From Candidatus Moraniibacteriota bacterium (GTDB taxonomy: Bacteria; Patescibacteriota; Minisyncoccia; Moranbacterales; UBA1568): a DNA stretch of 64,000 bases. This document shows, one piece after another, positions 36,895 to 46,868 of the stretch. Position 1 is the stretch's first letter. Every line of letters starts with the position of its first letter. The translations under genes were made by a program, and so were the position numbers. Below the pieces are notes generated by a model, which did no database searches, was not told where the DNA came from, and was given only the letters and a program-made list of their open reading frames with translations. Location of the stretch: the NCBI GenBank assembly GCA_052034935.1, contig JBPOIB010000008.1, positions 2,511-66,510 of the forward strand, given 5' to 3'.

Positions 36895-39393
36895 ATGTTT
36901 TCGGAGTTCGATCTCAATGTCGTATTGCTTCCGCTCGCGTATCTCTCGGGCGGATTAGCTTTTCTTTCTGGTCTTTTTCTTGTAGTCAAAGCGTTCCTCG
37001 TCGTCCGTTTCGAAGTTGCTCAATCGCTCAATCTCGATCTTGAAATTGTTCAGGTAAGCAAAAAGAAAGTATCAGAGGGGGCAGTCCACACAGCTGAAGA
37101 ATGGCGGGAGGAGATTCGGGCAATGGAGCAGCTCCTCGCCTCACTCTCCTCGCTGAAGCGTCATCTACCTTTTTGGAAGCGTCTTTTCTTCGAGGCACCG
37201 CATATCGTCTTCGAAATCGCGAACCCTTCATCGAAGGAGGAAATATTCTTTTATCTCTCCGTTCCCAAGCATTACCGTGAGAATGTTGAAAAGCAGATCC
37301 ATAGTTTCTTTCCTCATGCCTCGATCGAAAAGGTTCCTGACTATACCATTTTCTCTCCTACTGGCGAGACGGCCGTCGCACTTCTCGAGCTCTCAGCGAG
37401 TCATGCCTTGCCCTTGAAAACATATAAGACACTCTCAGTCGATCCATTGAACGAGATTTCTAATGCTCTCTCGAAGCTTGAAACGGTTGCCGAGGGAGCG
37501 GCTATTCAAATTATTCTGGCGCCGGCCCCCAATGGTTGGCGGCGAGGAAGTCGTCAGATTGCTCAAAGAATGCAGGAGGGGAAGCGGTTAAAAGACGCGC
37601 ATCCTGAAACATTTACTTCCATGGTTGGGAAGTCGGCGCTGGAGGGAATGAACCGAGTCGTCCTTCAGCAGGATATGAAGGCGGGTAAGCTCGAAGAGAA
37701 AAAGCCGGTTGTCTTGACGCCCGAGGAACAGGAGCTCGTCAAAACAATCGACGCGAAAGCGAGCCAGTCAGCCTTTTCCGTAAATATCCGCCTTCTCGCC
37801 TCGGCAAGCACAAAGGCTCGCGCTGAAAGTATCCTCAGTCATCTGGAGAATGCTTTTTCCCAGTTCGAGAATCCGGAAGTGAACAGCTTCCGTGTTAAAA
37901 AGCGTATCTCATCGAAAAAAGCAGCCTATCATTATATTTTTCGAAACTTCGATCCCGATTCGGCCATGGTCCTCACTTCGGATGAGGTCGCGAGTTTCTT
38001 TCATTTCCCGATCTCGACTACTGAGACACCAAAAATTAAGTGGTTGAAAGCCGGTGCTGCCCCGCCGCCGATTAATATCCCGAAAGAGGGATTGTTGCTT
38101 GGCTATAACGATTACCGCAACACGAAGACAGAAATTCGTATCACGGATAATGACCGCCGCCGCCATATGTATGTGGTCGGACAGACTGGTGTCGGAAAAT
38201 CGAATTATCTCCAAGAAATGGCAAAGAAAGATGCGCGTTCTGGTAAAGGGTTCTGCTTCATCGATCCACATGGTGATGCAATCGAAGATATCCTCACTTC
38301 GATCCCGAAGGAACGCGCGGAAGACGTCATTGTCTTCGATCCATCCGATACGGCTCGCCCGATTGGAATCAATATGCTCGAATTCGATCCGAATCATCCC
38401 GAGCAGAAAACCTTCGTCATCAATGAGATGATTGGCATTTTCGATCAGTTGTACGATATGAAGGCGACCGGCGGCCCGATGTTTGAGCAATATATGCGCA
38501 ACGCCATGTTGCTTATCATGGAGCATCCAGAAAGCGGGTCGACCTTGATGGAGATCCCGAAAGTGCTCGCTGATGAAGAGTTCCGGCGCTACAAACTCGA
38601 GCATTGCGCCAATCCAATCGTCCGTGATTTCTGGCTGAAAGAGGCGGAGAAAGCTGGTGGCGAAGCGGCACTTGCGAATATGGTCCCATACATCACTTCA
38701 AAGCTGACGACATTTATTTCGAACGATATGATGCGGCCGATTATTGCGCAGCAGAAAAGTACACTCAATTTTCGTGAGCTGATGGATAGTGGAAAAATCG
38801 TCCTCATTAACCTCTCCAAGGGAAAGATTGGCGAGATTAATGCTCGCCTCCTCGGTATGGTCGTCGTCGGAAAGATACTGATGGCGGCCCTTTCCCGGAC
38901 TGATCAACCGGAAGCAGAACGGCGAGATTTTTATCTCTATCTCGACGAATTCCAGAATGTGACAACGACTTCGATTGCGCAGATCCTGTCCGAAGCGCGC
39001 AAGTACAAGCTCGTGCTCATCCTCGCTCACCAGTTCATCGCCCAACTCAAAGAGGAGATTTCGAAAGCGGTCTTTGGCAATGTCGGCTCGCTCATCTCCT
39101 TCCGGGTTGGTCCGGAGGATGCTGAATTTCTCGAGAAGCAGTTCTCTCCGGTCTTTAGCGCTCACGATATCGTGAATGTCGACAACTACCAAGCGTTTGC
39201 TCGCCTCCTCATGAATAATGAGCTGACCAAACCATTTAATATGAAAACCTATCCGCCGACTTCAGGCGATCAAGAAGTGGCCAATGCACTCAAGGAACTC
39301 TCGCGCCTACGCTACGGCCGCGACGCAAGGATCGTGAACCAGGAAATCATATCCCGCATGCATCTTGCTGAGGGGACTCGGGCGAGAACTTAA
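36895..39393 (+). CDS. VirD4/TraD-like type IV secretion coupling ATPase
   Basis: N-terminal TM, RRRHMYVVGQTGVGKS (Walker A), IDPHGD, LYLDEFQN (Walker B), SEARKY, AHQF. Confidence 0.88.
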   Translation: MFSEFDLNVVLLPLAYLSGGLAFLSGLFLVVKAFLVVRFEVAQSLNLDLEIVQVSKKKVSEGAVHTAEEWREEIRAMEQLLASLSSLKRHLPFWKRLFFEAPHIVFEIANPSSKEEIFFYLSVPKHYRENVEKQIHSFFPHASIEKVPDYTIFSPTGETAVALLELSASHALPLKTYKTLSVDPLNEISNALSKLETVAEGAAIQIILAPAPNGWRRGSRQIAQRMQEGKRLKDAHPETFTSMVGKSALEGMNRVVLQQDMKAGKLEEKKPVVLTPEEQELVKTIDAKASQSAFSVNIRLLASASTKARAESILSHLENAFSQFENPEVNSFRVKKRISSKKAAYHYIFRNFDPDSAMVLTSDEVASFFHFPISTTETPKIKWLKAGAAPPPINIPKEGLLLGYNDYRNTKTEIRITDNDRRRHMYVVGQTGVGKSNYLQEMAKKDARSGKGFCFIDPHGDAIEDILTSIPKERAEDVIVFDPSDTARPIGINMLEFDPNHPEQKTFVINEMIGIFDQLYDMKATGGPMFEQYMRNAMLLIMEHPESGSTLMEIPKVLADEEFRRYKLEHCANPIVRDFWLKEAEKAGGEAALANMVPYITSKLTTFISNDMMRPIIAQQKSTLNFRELMDSGKIVLINLSKGKIGEINARLLGMVVVGKILMAALSRTDQPEAERRDFYLYLDEFQNVTTTSIAQILSEARKYKLVLILAHQFIAQLKEEISKAVFGNVGSLISFRVGPEDAEFLEKQFSPVFSAHDIVNVDNYQAFARLLMNNELTKPFNMKTYPPTSGDQEVANALKELSRLRYGRDARIVNQEIISRMHLAEGTRART

Positions 39394-39413
39394 CGAGCGT
39401 TGAGAAAATCCCT

Positions 39414-39851
39414 ATGAAGTATACGGAATATATAGATACACTTCCCGTCGGTACGTGTCCCTTTTGCGCTTCTGATGACCGACGGTTGATTGAGAACGAG
39501 ACGGCCTATGTCACATATGCCCTTGCTCCGTATCATAAACATCACTTACTCATCATCCCAAAAGACCACAAGAAATCATTTCTTCACCTCAGCCCAGAAG
39601 AACATATCGATATCCAGGATCTCGCACAAAAAAGCTCGCGTCTGCTCCGGTATCTCGGATACGAGAATTTTACCATGATGGTTCGCGAGGGGGCGGAAGG
39701 AGCGAGGAGTGTCGAACATCTCCATTACCACTTCATCCCGAATGTCCGTCTCGGCGATCTCGATCATGCGAATGGCGCCCGGAACGTGATGTCTGATGAA
39801 GAGGTTCAATCCCTCATAGTCGAGCTTAGGAGCGTGATTGATCAGCTCTAG
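39414..39851 (+). CDS. HIT family hydrolase
   Basis: CPFC, HLLIIP, HLHYHFIP. Confidence 0.9.
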   Translation: MKYTEYIDTLPVGTCPFCASDDRRLIENETAYVTYALAPYHKHHLLIIPKDHKKSFLHLSPEEHIDIQDLAQKSSRLLRYLGYENFTMMVREGAEGARSVEHLHYHFIPNVRLGDLDHANGARNVMSDEEVQSLIVELRSVIDQL

Positions 39852-39915
39852 GCTTCAGAAAAAAGTATTTTTATATCTGCTCCGTCTCGTGTTCTTTTAG
39901 ACGGAGAAGAGAATT

Positions 39916-42297
39916 TTACTGTATCCGCCAGACGGCGACAGCACCGTGGCTGGATGTGAGAAGTTCAGTCCCATCGTTCGATACGGTGATAGCCTCAGTC
40001 CCGCTGAATGATTCATGGAAGTATTGGTTGATAAGCACTCCTGAGAGAGACCAGCGAAGGATGCGTCGGCTGCCTCGGTCGAGAGCGAAGACATCACCAT
40101 TCTTCGGGTTGAAAGAAAGAGTGTCCGTCATGACCGGTGCGGCGCTTCCTGAAAAAACAACACCGGTGTTTTTTCCGCGCGTGAAAATGATAGGGCGACC
40201 GTCATTTCCTACCAGGGCGATGTTCTCATAGACACTCATCGCCGATTTTTCTTTCAAATTGAGAGTCTCTTTGGACCAGGTAATCGCGTCACCGAAGCCG
40301 CCTTCAGCTCGAGGGAAGCGATAAATTTTTCCGGCTGTCTGGTCGAGAACATAGAGGTAGGTGAGGTAAGAGCCGAGAGCGTCGATGTTTGTTCCGGAGG
40401 CGAGGGGGAGAGTATTCAATTCAAATTTTTTGTTCGTGACGCTATAGAGATAGAGCGCTCCGGATTCGCTGAGGAGGAATAGCGCATCGAGGTCATCCAT
40501 GCCAGTAGCGAGACGGATTGTTTCCGGAGCATTCGTTGATTCTTGAGTCTTCAGGTTCGTGATGCGCTTTCCAGTGATGAGAAAGGGAACATCATTAATG
40601 TTCGTAAGCGCCACGGTCGCTGCGTCACCAATCGGCGAGAGTGTTCGGTCACCACTGAGGCGGATTGACAATGGTTCATCGGCCGGAGGAAAAACCTTCG
40701 CTTCGGCCGTTGCGGGGGTATTTTCGACGGCAGGGGCAGCTGTCTGCTCGGACACCCCAGTCTCGTCAGTTGAAAAGAGAAATAGACTGAGGGCGAGCAT
40801 GATAACGCACCCGGTGATAAGAAAAAGCCAGCCTTTCGTTGACAAGTTCTGGATGAGGGGAGGAATCGCGCTGAAAAGTCGACTGAGGAGATTAGCTATT
40901 TTTCTAACCATGCGATGCCAGGCCTCCTTTCCGGTTCCGAGGGCGCCCATACTGATTGTACGGACGCGGAGATGGGTTGCCCGTGCTTTTTCACCGAGAG
41001 ATACATAGCGAGAGCGGACAGAATCGGACGGCTCGGATATCGTGATAGCCGGGGCTGGGGTATTTGTCGGAGGGTCTATTTCAGTGACAGGAATCGATCG
41101 GTTTTCTGATTCCCTTACTTGGCGAGCTTCTCGGAAAGCCTGCCATTTCAACTGAATTGATCGCTTGCTGAGGCGCGTACGCCGCTCGGCCGCGCGCTTC
41201 AGAACACTGAGCTGCGAGTATAATTCATCAACCAGGAAGCCGGACTCTTTGCTAATCCGGCGGAAAGTCTTTTTAGTGCTGGCCTGGGCCGCTCGCGCGT
41301 GCAGATCGAAGTGATGTCGGAAGACATCCCAGGACTCTTTCCAGTGTGTATCTGGCGTACGGAATGATTCGTCGTTCGAGGCCTGAACGTAAATGTGGCC
41401 AGTTTTCGCATCAGTGTATTCTGTTTTCGGAACTTCCCCTTGAGAAGAAGGTTCCTTTTTTGAGGGGCTTGATTCATGTTTGGACTGGAGCGCTTCAGAG
41501 AACGGCTTTCCGCTCCAAACGTTTTCAAGGCTAATGGGTGGTTTTTTCGATTCTTTTCTCGCCGGTGCAGGTTTGATGACCTCGACCGGGGCGGAACAGA
41601 GGAGAATGGCTGCTGCTGCGACCGGCAACTCATTGATAAGGGCGGTACGGAGAAACTGCTCGAAGCCGGCTGGTCCGAGGCGACTCAGACTTCGCGCGAG
41701 TTCTCCAGGTGAGAAAAGTGACCATATTGATGGGGAAAAGGCAATCACGAGGTCGCCGTCGAAAAGTTCGCCGCTGGAGACTTCAGTGAAGGTTTTGAGT
41801 GGATGCGGCTCGCTGCCGGTATCGGCAAGCCCTTGACTGATCGATTGGAATGAGTCATTTCTGGCGAGATAGAGTTCGCCTTCTCCGGTAGCGGAGAAAT
41901 GAAGAAGGTTCTCATTGACCGCGCCAATCGCTCCATGGAGATGGCCGAGCCAGGAGACATTGCCATGTTTGACTATTTCGGCTAAGGCGACATTGATCTT
42001 GTGAAGAGCGGCATCAAAACTATCAGTCGGACTCCGTCGCGGATTGGCAAAGTATTCTTTCTTGGCGACGGAAGTGAGAAAATTGACGATGTAGGCAGCG
42101 TCTTGATCATGGATCTCTACCTCGAAAAAACCGAAAAGCGTCCCGAGGCTCTTGCCCGCGACGTTATCGCTCGCGTAATGGAAAGCTATGATGTAGGGCT
42201 CTTGCGCACGCCCAGCCCCCACGACGATTTCTTTGTATGACTTTTCGAGTACGGCCAGGGACTGCTTTTTAGCCCGGTCATCGATGCGTTGACGCAT
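39916..42297 (-). CDS. membrane protein with a degenerate PP2C-like N-terminal domain and an extracellular beta-propeller-like domain
   Basis: N-terminal alpha/beta domain (VSSGELFDGDLVI), one TM, YLYVLD/DVFALD repeats; leaderless TATACT-7nt-ATG. Confidence 0.7.
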   Translation of the reverse strand: MRQRIDDRAKKQSLAVLEKSYKEIVVGAGRAQEPYIIAFHYASDNVAGKSLGTLFGFFEVEIHDQDAAYIVNFLTSVAKKEYFANPRRSPTDSFDAALHKINVALAEIVKHGNVSWLGHLHGAIGAVNENLLHFSATGEGELYLARNDSFQSISQGLADTGSEPHPLKTFTEVSSGELFDGDLVIAFSPSIWSLFSPGELARSLSRLGPAGFEQFLRTALINELPVAAAAILLCSAPVEVIKPAPARKESKKPPISLENVWSGKPFSEALQSKHESSPSKKEPSSQGEVPKTEYTDAKTGHIYVQASNDESFRTPDTHWKESWDVFRHHFDLHARAAQASTKKTFRRISKESGFLVDELYSQLSVLKRAAERRTRLSKRSIQLKWQAFREARQVRESENRSIPVTEIDPPTNTPAPAITISEPSDSVRSRYVSLGEKARATHLRVRTISMGALGTGKEAWHRMVRKIANLLSRLFSAIPPLIQNLSTKGWLFLITGCVIMLALSLFLFSTDETGVSEQTAAPAVENTPATAEAKVFPPADEPLSIRLSGDRTLSPIGDAATVALTNINDVPFLITGKRITNLKTQESTNAPETIRLATGMDDLDALFLLSESGALYLYSVTNKKFELNTLPLASGTNIDALGSYLTYLYVLDQTAGKIYRFPRAEGGFGDAITWSKETLNLKEKSAMSVYENIALVGNDGRPIIFTRGKNTGVVFSGSAAPVMTDTLSFNPKNGDVFALDRGSRRILRWSLSGVLINQYFHESFSGTEAITVSNDGTELLTSSHGAVAVWRIQ

Positions 42298-42448
42298 ACC
42301 ACATAGTATACCATAAATTGTCTCAAAAAAGTCATTCTTTATCCTTTAGCTAAGCCTCAAAGAAGCATTCTTTTACTTTGACTTTTCGGGTACCGGTTCG
42401 TATACTGGGGCTATTGGCACGTAATTCATGTAATGGCTGATTTCGCCT

Positions 42449-43054
42449 ATGTCCGTCGCTTTGTTTGAAGCACTTTTTGGCTCCCGTTCAAGGGCTCGTC
42501 TCATCCGCTATTTCACGATGAATCCAGAGACCGAGTTCTCCGTTTCCGATATTGCCGACAAGACAATGGTATCGCGCAGCGATGTGCTGCGCGAAGTGAA
42601 GCGCCTGGCCAAGATGAAGTTCGTCTTTGAGAAATCCCGGCAGGGGAAGAAAGTGTATATCGCCAATACGGACTTCCCATTCTATCTCGAGATGAAGACC
42701 CTCGTCTCCAAGCTGAATGTTAATGCTCAGTCGCAAGTTTTCCGTAAGCTGAAAACGGTCGGTGAGGTGAAACTTATCCTCATCAGTGGCCTCTTCCTGA
42801 ACTACCCCAAGGCAAAGGTGGATATGGTGCTTGTCGTGAATAACATCAATCGCGCCAAATTGAAACAGGCGTTGACGCATCTTGAGGCGGAGGTTGGGAA
42901 AGAGATCCGCTTCGTACTTATGACGAGTGAGGAGCTTCATTACCGTTTGAATATGCTTGACCGCTTCTTTATTGAGTTCCTCGAGGGTCCTTACGAGGAG
43001 GTTGTTAACCGGATTGCCGAATTGAAACGCTTTATTGCCGGACTGCGCAAATAA
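42449..43054 (+). CDS. winged-helix protein with a nucleotidyltransferase-like C-terminal domain
   Basis: LFGSRSRARLI..F, HTH region, ISGLF...VDMVLV. Confidence 0.7.
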   Translation: MSVALFEALFGSRSRARLIRYFTMNPETEFSVSDIADKTMVSRSDVLREVKRLAKMKFVFEKSRQGKKVYIANTDFPFYLEMKTLVSKLNVNAQSQVFRKLKTVGEVKLILISGLFLNYPKAKVDMVLVVNNINRAKLKQALTHLEAEVGKEIRFVLMTSEELHYRLNMLDRFFIEFLEGPYEEVVNRIAELKRFIAGLRK

Positions 43055-43057
43055 GCC

Positions 43058-44143
43058 ATGTCTATCGATACGATTATTGTCATTCTCGCTGCTCTCCTTG
43101 TTGGGGGAACTGTTGCTGCGGCCATTTTCTTCTTCCAGTCCAGACTTCGTTCGATTGATGAGAAGCGGGCTCTCCTCGAGCATCAGGTCTCGGATATGGG
43201 GCAGGGGATGCGGCAAGACATACATCAGTTCTCAGCGACGATGTCCCAGATGCTCCACGGGATGCAGTCGACCCTCGATAAGCGCCTTTCTGATAATACA
43301 GAACGCCTTGATCAGCGTCTGGATAATGCCGGCCGCCAATTCCTTGATGTTCGTGAGCGGTTGGCTGAGATGGGTAAAACGAACGAGCAGATTCTTGAGG
43401 TGACCAAGGATGTAGCTTCGCTCCAAGATATCTTGAAAGCGCCGAAGATCCGGGGTGGTTTTGGTGAAATGATGCTGGCTGACATGCTTTCCCAGATGCT
43501 CTCGAAGGAGAATTATATCTTGCAGCACACATTCCGGTCGGGAGAGACGGTCGATGCTCTCATCACGCTTCAGGGTGGTAGTATCAGTGTTGATTCAAAA
43601 TTCCCGCTTGAGAACTTCAAACGCGTTATTTCACTCGAGAACGATTCGGATCGGGCAGCAGCGCGACGGCAGTTTATCACTGACGTAAAGAAGCATGTTG
43701 ACGCAATTTCGGCGAAGTATATCCTGCCGAGCGAGGGGACGCTCGACTGGGCGCTCATGTATATTCCCGCGGAAAATGTCTACTATGAGATCATCATCAA
43801 GGACGAGGACCAGCGTGACCTGTATGAATACTTCAATAAGAAGCGTGTTATTCCGGTTTCGCCCAACTCTTTCTACGCTTACCTAAAGACGATTATGTTT
43901 GGCTTGCAGGGGATGCAGATCGAGAAGCGGGCGAAGGAGATGTTCGTCCAACTGGAACGTCTCGGGCAGGAGTTCGGGAAATTCGGCGAAGAGTTTGAGC
44001 TTGTCGGTAAGCATATAAGCAATGCCAACAAGAAATATGAGGATGCGGAGAAACGGCTCATGAAGCTCGGCGACCAGATGGAGCGGACTCGTCTCGCGGC
44101 GCCGGAAGATGATTCCGTGCCGGTGCTCCCTCTTGCGGAATAA
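43058..44143 (+). CDS. rmuC: DNA recombination protein RmuC
   Basis: RGGFGE, VDSKFPL, KYI, ALMYIPAE, VSP. Confidence 0.92.
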   Translation: MSIDTIIVILAALLVGGTVAAAIFFFQSRLRSIDEKRALLEHQVSDMGQGMRQDIHQFSATMSQMLHGMQSTLDKRLSDNTERLDQRLDNAGRQFLDVRERLAEMGKTNEQILEVTKDVASLQDILKAPKIRGGFGEMMLADMLSQMLSKENYILQHTFRSGETVDALITLQGGSISVDSKFPLENFKRVISLENDSDRAAARRQFITDVKKHVDAISAKYILPSEGTLDWALMYIPAENVYYEIIIKDEDQRDLYEYFNKKRVIPVSPNSFYAYLKTIMFGLQGMQIEKRAKEMFVQLERLGQEFGKFGEEFELVGKHISNANKKYEDAEKRLMKLGDQMERTRLAAPEDDSVPVLPLAE

Positions 44144-44145
44144 AT

Positions 44146-44520
44146 ATGGCTGAAGAAATACTTTTTACAGAGGAACGGATCCGCTCGATTTATTTCAAGA
44201 GCCGGTACTGGATATTTCGAGGCGGACTACTTGCCTTTATTGTTCAATTCGCGCTCGTGGCATTTTTCATCCGGCCGGACTCAGGGACGATCATCCTCCG
44301 ATACAATTCATTTTTCGGAGTCGATCTTCTCGGGGCCTGGTGGCAGGCGTATCTGGTCCCGGGAATCTGCCTCGGTTTTTTCCTCATTAACCTCGTGCTG
44401 GCACTGTTTCTTTTTCGAAGGCAATCATTTCTCGCCGCACTCATCCTACTTTATGGTGCTTTTCTAGTCGTCGTCTCGGGATCGCTTGCAACTGCGACAC
44501 TTATTTTCATCAACACATAG
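44146..44520 (+). CDS. small membrane protein
   Basis: three hydrophobic helices, ILRYNSFFGVD. Confidence 0.7.
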   Translation: MAEEILFTEERIRSIYFKSRYWIFRGGLLAFIVQFALVAFFIRPDSGTIILRYNSFFGVDLLGAWWQAYLVPGICLGFFLINLVLALFLFRRQSFLAALILLYGAFLVVVSGSLATATLIFINT

Positions 44521-44535
44521 CCTGCGAGGACTGAT

Positions 44536-45561
44536 ATGGAACACGGACCGATGTTCTACCTCTCTTCTTGGCTTCTGGCACTTCTCTTTTCCGCCACCGC
44601 CCTCTTTCTTGCGTTCAAGGTGCCCTTCCTTCGAAAAATAAGGGAACGGAAAGAGGGTCATCGGAGCGCAGTTTCATCCATTGGCTTTCGTTTAGGTGGG
44701 TTCTTCTTGGCTGGAATCTTCCTTCTCCTTCTCCTCGGAGATTCGCGCCTTGAACATACCGAATCCTTCATAGCTTTCTTTATTGGTACTATGGCGATTA
44801 TGGTCTTTTCACTTGCCGACGACTTGGCCCATGTCGCGTGGCCATGGCACCTTGGTTTTCAAATCCTCCTCGGAATACTTCTTTTCACATCGGGCCTGAA
44901 GGTTGAGATTGGTACCTACTTCCCTAGACTCTCGGCCCTTGATGATGGATTGCTCACCGGCCTTTTCCTGGTCCTGGTCTGGCTCCTCCTCGTTATGAAT
45001 GCGCTCAATTGGGCAGATGGCATCGATGGACTCATGCCCGGGGTCGCAGCCATCTCTTTCGGCGTACTCTTTCTACTCGCTCTCCGTCCCGAGGTTAATC
45101 AGCCAGCGGTCGCCATTCTCTCGATCATGCTCTTCGGTCTCTCGCTCAGTCTTCTTTTTTTCAATTGGTATCCGGCGCGTATCCTCGCGGGAACTGGCGG
45201 AGCATATTTTTTTGGTTTCGCTTTAGCTGTCCTCGGTCTATATGCTGGGATGAAAATTGCAACGCTTTTTCTGGTGTTGGTTATCCCGGTATTCGATGCA
45301 TTATTTGTCATCGTCCGGCGGATTTGGTTCGGTCATTCGCCGTTCCAGCCCGACCAAGAGCACCTGCATCACTTGCTCTGTCTTAGGGGTTGGAGTGTGA
45401 GTCAGGTCGCAGCAGCCTATCTTTTTTTTACGACTTGTCTCGCACTCCTGGCCCTTTCTTTCGAGGAAGAGAAGAAGTTAATATTTTTTATCTCGTCTGG
45501 AATACTGATCATTCTTGTTTCATCGACAATTCATTTTTCCATCATGAGAGCCAAAAAATAG
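44536..45561 (+). CDS. WecA/TagO/MraY-family polyprenyl-phosphate sugar-1-phosphate transferase
   Basis: LADD, MNALNWADGIDGL, FNWYPARI, DQEHLHHLL. Confidence 0.88.
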   Translation: MEHGPMFYLSSWLLALLFSATALFLAFKVPFLRKIRERKEGHRSAVSSIGFRLGGFFLAGIFLLLLLGDSRLEHTESFIAFFIGTMAIMVFSLADDLAHVAWPWHLGFQILLGILLFTSGLKVEIGTYFPRLSALDDGLLTGLFLVLVWLLLVMNALNWADGIDGLMPGVAAISFGVLFLLALRPEVNQPAVAILSIMLFGLSLSLLFFNWYPARILAGTGGAYFFGFALAVLGLYAGMKIATLFLVLVIPVFDALFVIVRRIWFGHSPFQPDQEHLHHLLCLRGWSVSQVAAAYLFFTTCLALLALSFEEEKKLIFFISSGILIILVSSTIHFSIMRAKK

Positions 45562-45567
45562 TCTTGT

Positions 45568-46047
45568 ATGAAAGATGAACAAACAGCTCTGATCAGACGT
45601 TTCGGCATCATCGCAGCCTTTGTGCTTCTTTTAGGAGGAGCCTTCATGCTTAGTCGCTCGGCGAATACGTTCGACCCTGAGACGGAGAGCCTTTTCCCGA
45701 CGAGTGCTCATGGGGCTGGCCGCTCATGGGAGCTCGATATCGCAGCAACGCCGGAAACCAGAGTATTCGGTCTCGGGGGGCGAGAGAGCTATCCAGCAGG
45801 TCGAGGAATGCTTTTCCTCTTTCCGGAGGTAAACCAGCATGGTTTCTGGATGAAGGGCATGCATTTTCCCATTGATATCATTTTTATGCGATCAGGCCGG
45901 ATCGTTTTCATTGAGCGCTCGTTTCAACCGACTGACACTCGGATTGTAGTTCCTCCGGTGTCAGTAGATCAGGTGCTCGAGGTGAATGCTGGTGAGGCTG
46001 ATCAACTTTTCCCAGGGGATCGAATCTGGTACTGGCGTTCGGTGTAG
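45568..46047 (+). CDS. DUF192 family protein
   Basis: GMLFLF, FWMKGMHFPIDIIF, VLEVNAG. Confidence 0.88.
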   Translation: MKDEQTALIRRFGIIAAFVLLLGGAFMLSRSANTFDPETESLFPTSAHGAGRSWELDIAATPETRVFGLGGRESYPAGRGMLFLFPEVNQHGFWMKGMHFPIDIIFMRSGRIVFIERSFQPTDTRIVVPPVSVDQVLEVNAGEADQLFPGDRIWYWRSV

Positions 46048-46077
46048 TTTACGGGGAGTAATTCACTTCTGAAAAAG

Positions 46078-46106
46078 CCAAAAACCCCGGAGTCCGGGGT
46101 TTTTGG
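46078..46106. terminator. bidirectional terminator
   Basis: CCAAAAACCCCGG-agt-CCGGGGTTTTTGG. Confidence 0.85.
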
Positions 46107-46136
46107 TGCAATTGCAGAAGGTACGGAGAGAACGGG

Positions 46137-46724
46137 TTACGAGCGATAAGCGGCGACGCGGCTTGAATACTTTTTGAGATTATTCAGCTGGTTCGCGCTG
46201 AGCATTTTCGACTGATCGATGGCCTGACGAATCAGATCCTTCGAGAATTCAGCCGAGGAACCGACGGCGAGCGAGTTTTTCGAGCCGACAGCTTTTCGGA
46301 GGTAGTCTTCAATGTAGACTTTGTGTTCACCGGTAAGCGATGAATCAGGGGTCTTCTCGAGGTAGTTTGCAAGCGCGCGGCGGGCGAGATGGGTCGAGCC
46401 ATCGCCCTTGGTTGCAGTTTCGATGAATGATCCAGCGGTCTCTTTACTGACTTCTTCTGGGGCAGTCGTGACCTTTGACGGATCATTGGCGGCGCTCATA
46501 CCATCAGCAGCTTTTTCTGAATCCATGCTTTCGGATTCGGTAGCCACGGTCATATCATCGGTCGTATCCAGAGTCTCATCGGCACGCTGTGAGTAGGAAT
46601 AGATACCGAGTGCGATTGCCGCGACGATAAAGAAGCTAACGATGACACGGAGGTTTTCCTGGAGCCAGAGCTTGGCCTGGTCAGTGATGCGTTCTTCTTC
46701 GTTCATGTTCATGTTTTCATCCAT
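46137..46724 (-). CDS. membrane-anchored hypothetical protein, weakly LysM-like
   Basis: TM helix, acidic linker, ATKGDGSTHLARRA; SD AGAGGTGA. Confidence 0.75.
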   Translation of the reverse strand: MDENMNMNEEERITDQAKLWLQENLRVIVSFFIVAAIALGIYSYSQRADETLDTTDDMTVATESESMDSEKAADGMSAANDPSKVTTAPEEVSKETAGSFIETATKGDGSTHLARRALANYLEKTPDSSLTGEHKVYIEDYLRKAVGSKNSLAVGSSAEFSKDLIRQAIDQSKMLSANQLNNLKKYSSRVAAYRS

Positions 46725-46839
46725 AAGAGTCACCTCTCTTCCTAGTTACGGATTAGTTTGTGAATGTGCCGCTTGCGTTGAAGCTCCAATGGGAGGCTTT
46801 TTCGTTCCGAAAAGGCCGCATTCACCCATTTCTTTCTCC

Positions 46840-46868
46840 ATAGTACGGTCGGAAAAGGGGGGTGTCAA
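46840..46868 (-). promoter_or_regulatory. sigma70 promoter for 46137..46724
   Basis: TTGACA-17-TACTAT on the minus strand. Confidence 0.75.
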
